Source: Syntrophales bacterium (GTDB lineage: Bacteria; Desulfobacterota; Syntrophia; Syntrophales; UBA2210). From it: a DNA stretch of 64,000 bases. Numbering within the stretch: position 1 is the first letter of the stretch; every line of letters starts with the position of its first letter. Below, piece by piece: positions 60,292 through 64,000 of the stretch. Location: positions 96,001 to 160,000 of the forward strand of contig CAXXNF010000002.1 in NCBI GenBank assembly GCA_963666365.2. The letters are read 5' to 3'. Below the pieces are notes generated by a model. The model worked only from the letters and a program-made list of their open reading frames with translations, was not told the origin of the DNA and ran no database searches. Both the position numbers and the translations under genes were made by a program.

Positions 60292-60699
60292 ATGAATTCC
60301 CCCGATCTTATGCCGGCCCTTTTAAAGATGTTTTCTGCCCTTTCACTGGTAGTGGGCATTGCCTTCATTACACTCTGGGCCTTTCGCAAACTGATGAACG
60401 GGAAGGTCTGTTCCCGGAGAGATGCAAAGGCCATAGAAATTGTTTCGTCAAAATATCTGGGGAGCAAGCACAGCATCGTGCTTGTCGATGTGGTGGGACA
60501 TATCCTTGTGGTGGGGATCTCTCCGAACGGTATGTCGACGCTTGCGCAACTCGATGACGAGGATTCCCGTGATCAGCTGGCAGGTATGGACGGACAAAGG
60601 GGCGAGGGCATTCCCTTTACTGCATGCCTGTCCCACCTGACATCGCGATTTTACTCCGCCGGTGAGTCCGATGAAAGACAACGTGATTCCCATGCATAA
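60292..60699 (+). CDS. fliO: FliO/FliZ
   Basis: TM plus LG.K.SIVLVDV....LVVG; lies between fliN and fliP. Confidence 0.88.
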   Translation: MNSPDLMPALLKMFSALSLVVGIAFITLWAFRKLMNGKVCSRRDAKAIEIVSSKYLGSKHSIVLVDVVGHILVVGISPNGMSTLAQLDDEDSRDQLAGMDGQRGEGIPFTACLSHLTSRFYSAGESDERQRDSHA

Positions 60700-61462
60700 A
60701 AGGAGCATTCTTTACATTCTTGTTGCGGTGAGCCTCTGCGCCATGGCGTGCTTGCCGGTGAATGCCGTCGGTGCCCAGGGATTCCCAATTCCTTCGATAG
60801 AACTGTCATTCGGCGATTCAGGTGATGATCCGAACCGGATATCGGTGGCGCTGCAGCTCCTTTTTGTTTTTACGGTGCTTTCGCTGGCGCCGGCCATACT
60901 CGTCATGGTCACGTCCTTTACGCGCATCGTGGTGGTGCTGTCTCTTCTGCGTCATGCCCTGGGGACTCAGCAGATCCCCGCAAACCAGATTGTGATCGGC
61001 CTGTCCCTCTTTCTGACCTTTTTTATCATGATGCCTGTGTGGAACAACGTATACGAGGGGGGGATTCAGCCCTATGTCAATGAGGAGATGGAGGCGGCCG
61101 ATGCTCTTGCTGCCGCAACAGAACCGCTTAAACAGTTTATGATGACTCATACCCGGGAGAAGGACCTGGCGCTGTTCCTGAGAATTTCAAAGACCGAAAA
61201 ACCGGAATCCCCCGAAGGTATGGGTCTTGCCGTATTGGTTCCTGCCTTTGTCATCAGCGAGCTGAAGACGGCCTTTCAGATCGGATTCATGATATACATG
61301 CCCTTTCTGATACTGGACATGGTAGTGGCAAGCGTGCTTCTCTCCATGGGCATGCTGATGCTGCCCCCGATTATGGTCAGTCTTCCCTTCAAGCTTTTGC
61401 TTTTCGTACTGGTCGACGGCTGGTATCTGATTGTCGGGTCGCTGGTGGAGAGTTTTAAGTAG
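60692..61462 (+). CDS. fliP: FliP
   Basis: MVTSFTRI, PAFVISELKTAFQIGF, LPFKLLLFVLVDGW; start uncertain. Confidence 0.96.
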   Translation: MHKRSILYILVAVSLCAMACLPVNAVGAQGFPIPSIELSFGDSGDDPNRISVALQLLFVFTVLSLAPAILVMVTSFTRIVVVLSLLRHALGTQQIPANQIVIGLSLFLTFFIMMPVWNNVYEGGIQPYVNEEMEAADALAAATEPLKQFMMTHTREKDLALFLRISKTEKPESPEGMGLAVLVPAFVISELKTAFQIGFMIYMPFLILDMVVASVLLSMGMLMLPPIMVSLPFKLLLFVLVDGWYLIVGSLVESFK

Positions 61463-61514
61463 GGGAAGTGGGAAAAGTAAGAAAAGTAGGAAGAGTAGGA
61501 ACGGTAAGAAAAGT
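61459..61514 (+). repeat. Purine-rich degenerate 9-bp tandem repeat (fliP-fliQ gap)
   Basis: GTAGGGGAA GTGGGAAAA GTAAGAAAA GTAGGAAGA GTAGGAACG GTAAGAAAA GT. Confidence 0.8.
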
Positions 61515-61532
61515 CTTCGCGGAGGTGCAGAT

Positions 61533-61799
61533 ATGACCGATCTGGTGATCGGAATGGCCAAAGAGGCGATAGAGGTAACGCTGCTGCTGTCGGCGCCGAT
61601 GCTTCTGGTGGGTCTCGCCATCGGCCTTATTGTGAGCATCTTTCAGGCGGTCACGCAGGTGCAGGAAATGACGCTTACCTTTGTGCCGAAAATCGTAGGG
61701 GTCATGGTGGCCCTGATCGTGGCCCTTCCATGGATGATAAATCTGATGATTTCCTATGTAGAAAATCTTTTTTCATCCATACCTAATTATATTCGCTGA
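61533..61799 (+). CDS. fliQ: FliQ
   Basis: GLIVSIFQAVTQVQEMTLTFVPK. Confidence 0.96.
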   Translation: MTDLVIGMAKEAIEVTLLLSAPMLLVGLAIGLIVSIFQAVTQVQEMTLTFVPKIVGVMVALIVALPWMINLMISYVENLFSSIPNYIR

Positions 61800-61831
61800 C
61801 GCGCGACGGACCGTCGTCGAAAGTTCAATTA

Positions 61832-62602
61832 ATGGACATGCCCGCTATTGCCATAGAGGAAGTTCATACCTTTATTCTTGCCTTCATAAGGGTATGCGGC
61901 ATTATCATTGCCATTCCCGTTTTCGGCAACAGAACCGTTCCGCTTCGCGTGAAGGGGGGATTGGCGATCGTGGTCACGCTTCTTGTGACGCCCTTCGTGC
62001 CGGAAAGGCCCCTGCCCACTGAAATGCTTTCGCTTATCCTTGCCATGGCAGGGGAGGTATGCATCGGACTTATCATAGGACTTGTGGTGCGGTTTGTCTT
62101 TGAGGCGATACAACTTGCCGGCCAGCTTATAGGATTTCAAATGGGGTTTGCCATCGTGAATGTCGTTGATCCCATATCGAGCGCCCAGGTTTCCATCATA
62201 GCCCAGTTTGTGTATCTGATTGCAGTTTTGGTCTTTTTTGCCGTAAACGGGCATCATCTGTTTTTATATGCAATTGCTGAGAGTTTTCGAATCATTCCCA
62301 CTCTTGATTTTCATATGTCCGGCGCCCTTGCGAACGCGGTTGTGACCTATTCCAAAGAAATTTTTGTCATCGCCATTAAAATAGGTGCGCCGGTTATGGC
62401 CATGCTGGTGCTTACCAGTGTGGGGCTTGGGATGGTTGCCCGTACTGTTCCCCAGATAAACATATTTATCGTTGGATTTCCTTTAAAGATAGGGATCGGT
62501 CTTGTCGGCCTCGGATTGACCCTCCCTCTCATCGTTCGCATAATAAGTTATGCCTTTTCCGACTTAGACGGCACGCTGAGAGGCCTGATGAAATTGATGT
62601 AG
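61832..62602 (+). CDS. fliR: FliR
   Basis: AGQLIGFQMGF, DP, NGH, RTVPQINIFIVGFP. Confidence 0.95.
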   Translation: MDMPAIAIEEVHTFILAFIRVCGIIIAIPVFGNRTVPLRVKGGLAIVVTLLVTPFVPERPLPTEMLSLILAMAGEVCIGLIIGLVVRFVFEAIQLAGQLIGFQMGFAIVNVVDPISSAQVSIIAQFVYLIAVLVFFAVNGHHLFLYAIAESFRIIPTLDFHMSGALANAVVTYSKEIFVIAIKIGAPVMAMLVLTSVGLGMVARTVPQINIFIVGFPLKIGIGLVGLGLTLPLIVRIISYAFSDLDGTLRGLMKLM

Positions 62603-62661
62603 GAAGAGCAAGAAAAGGCGGAAGAGTAAGAAAAGCGGGAAAGGACAGGGAGGGCAGAAGA
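62599..62661 (+). repeat. Purine-rich degenerate 9-bp tandem repeat (fliR-flhB gap)
   Basis: GTAGGAAGA GCAAGAAAA GGCGGAAGA GTAAGAAAA GCGGGAAAG GACAGGGAG GGCAGAAGA. Confidence 0.7.
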
Positions 62662-62758
62662 GAGACCGATGGGATGTGTGAGCGTGGTTAGGCATCCTGC
62701 GTTCTCGTTGTTTCATTTTTTGACATGAGCGTCAGTTAACCGTCAAAGGTGTTGCCCC

Positions 62759-63850
62759 ATGGCAGAAGAAAAGTCAGCTCAAGAAAAAACCGAAAAGCCG
62801 TCGCAACGACGGCGCGACGAGGCGCGTAAAAAAGGACAGGTCGCCAAGAGTCAGGAAGTGACCTCAGTATCGATACTTTTTGCATCGCTGGGCCTTTTTT
62901 ATTTTGCGTCCATTTTTATGGTGGAAAAACTGAGTCAGCTTATGCGCTGGGGTTTCGCAGAGTCAGGCCGCTATACGCCCCTTACCGCCGAAAGTTTGAC
63001 ATCCCTTTTCGTGGCACTCGCAGTGAAGGTCGCCCTGTGTCTCTTCCCTCTCCTTTTAACCGTAGTGGTGACGGCAATTACTACCAACCTGATGCAAGTA
63101 GGGTTTATGCTTTCGTTCGAGTCCATTGCGCCGAAACTCTCCAAGATCAATCCCATCAACGGTCTGCAACGACTCTTTTCCATGAAGTCGCTGGTCGAGC
63201 TGGTAAAGAGCATCCTCAAGATCTGCATTGTAGGAGCAATCGCCTATCTCACCATAAAAGGCGAAACAGGAGGCCTGATCATCCTTGGCGATCAAAGCGT
63301 CGGCGACATACTTTCCTATACCGGTTCGGTGGCACATAAAATCATTTTCAGAACATGTCTGGCCCTTATACTACTTGCCATTCTGGATTACGCCTTTCAG
63401 CGGTGGGAATATGAGAAAAACCTGCGCATGTCGAAGCAGGAAGTCAAGGACGAAATGAAGCACACCGAGGGCGATCCCTTTGTGAAGGCGCAGATCAGGC
63501 GTATTCAGCGTGAAACAGCGCGACGAAGGATGATTGCCAATGTGGCGAAGGCAGATGTGGTGATCACCAACCCTACACATATTGCCGTTGCCCTGGCATA
63601 TGAAAGGGCAACGATGGTTGCACCCCGGGTGATCGCTAAGGGAAAAGGATTTATTGCGGAGAAAATAAAGGAAATTGCAAGGGAAAATAAAGTTCCGGTG
63701 GTTGAAAACAAGATTCTGGCACAACTATTGAATAAGACCGTTGACGTGAACGAAAATGTTCCGGAAGAATTGTACAGGGCCGTAGCTGAAGTGCTGGCCT
63801 ATGTATATAAACTGGGTGGAAGGAGATCATCGGAGTGGGGCAACGGGTAA
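62759..63850 (+). CDS. flhB: FlhB
   Basis: EKTEKPS, MSKQEVKDE...EGDP, NPTH autocleavage motif. Confidence 0.96.
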   Translation: MAEEKSAQEKTEKPSQRRRDEARKKGQVAKSQEVTSVSILFASLGLFYFASIFMVEKLSQLMRWGFAESGRYTPLTAESLTSLFVALAVKVALCLFPLLLTVVVTAITTNLMQVGFMLSFESIAPKLSKINPINGLQRLFSMKSLVELVKSILKICIVGAIAYLTIKGETGGLIILGDQSVGDILSYTGSVAHKIIFRTCLALILLAILDYAFQRWEYEKNLRMSKQEVKDEMKHTEGDPFVKAQIRRIQRETARRRMIANVAKADVVITNPTHIAVALAYERATMVAPRVIAKGKGFIAEKIKEIARENKVPVVENKILAQLLNKTVDVNENVPEELYRAVAEVLAYVYKLGGRRSSEWGNG

Positions 63851-64000
63851 TATCGACAGGCATCAAGAGTTCGTCCATTGCCGATTGGTTCAAGAGCAGC
63901 AGTACCATGATGGGCATGGCCATTGTCGGCATCCTGCTAGTCATGATGATCCCCCTGCCCGCATTTTTTCTGGACATACTGCTCTCCTTTAACGTGACCT
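63835..64000 (+). CDS. flhA: FlhA, 5' part (runs off the window; not in ORF track)
   Basis: Manual translation ...GILLVMMIPLPAFFLDILLSFNVT; RBS AGGAG at 63821. Confidence 0.9.
   Translation, partial: MGQRVISTGIKSSSIADWFKSSSTMMGMAIVGILLVMMIPLPAFFLDILLSFNVT

Overview
Bacterial genomic window; gene content suggests an anaerobic Desulfobacterota/Syntrophales-like deltaproteobacterium (inference, no database search). 1-5.7 kb: three secreted repeat proteins (frameshifted giant adhesin-like protein with FN3-like domains; beta-propeller + dockerin-like; FG-GAP/VCBS with a GGCFI tail). 5.9-15.8 kb: decayed patchwork containing a DUF1538/P-II locus disrupted by an IstB fragment, YyaL, a Zn-ribbon protein, an L7Ae-like protein, a methyltransferase, an hcp pseudogene, a ferredoxin remnant, a beta-barrel and an IS110 pseudogene. 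From 9.1 kb on, this patchwork is punctuated by five copies of an AATTCCGGGGACAGTATACTTAATTC palindromic element family. 15.8-25.9 kb: TetR-operator-controlled catabolic operon (SDR, HACL-like ThDP enzyme, MFS, DASS, Zn-ADH, AOR, TetR) plus acfC. 26-37.4 kb: acyl-CoA dehydrogenase-etfB-etfA::XRE-cupin, acyl-CoA ligase, PLD, DUF169, MFS and pdxST. 37.5-64 kb: sigma54-dependent flagellar cluster (SPOR-TPR protein, two-component pair, flgB to flhA). Most notable: the repeat-delimited cassette-like array, a ~1100-aa FliK with a 216-bp tandem array, and a MotB paralogue lacking the conserved ion-binding Asp. No rRNA, tRNA or CRISPR array was seen.
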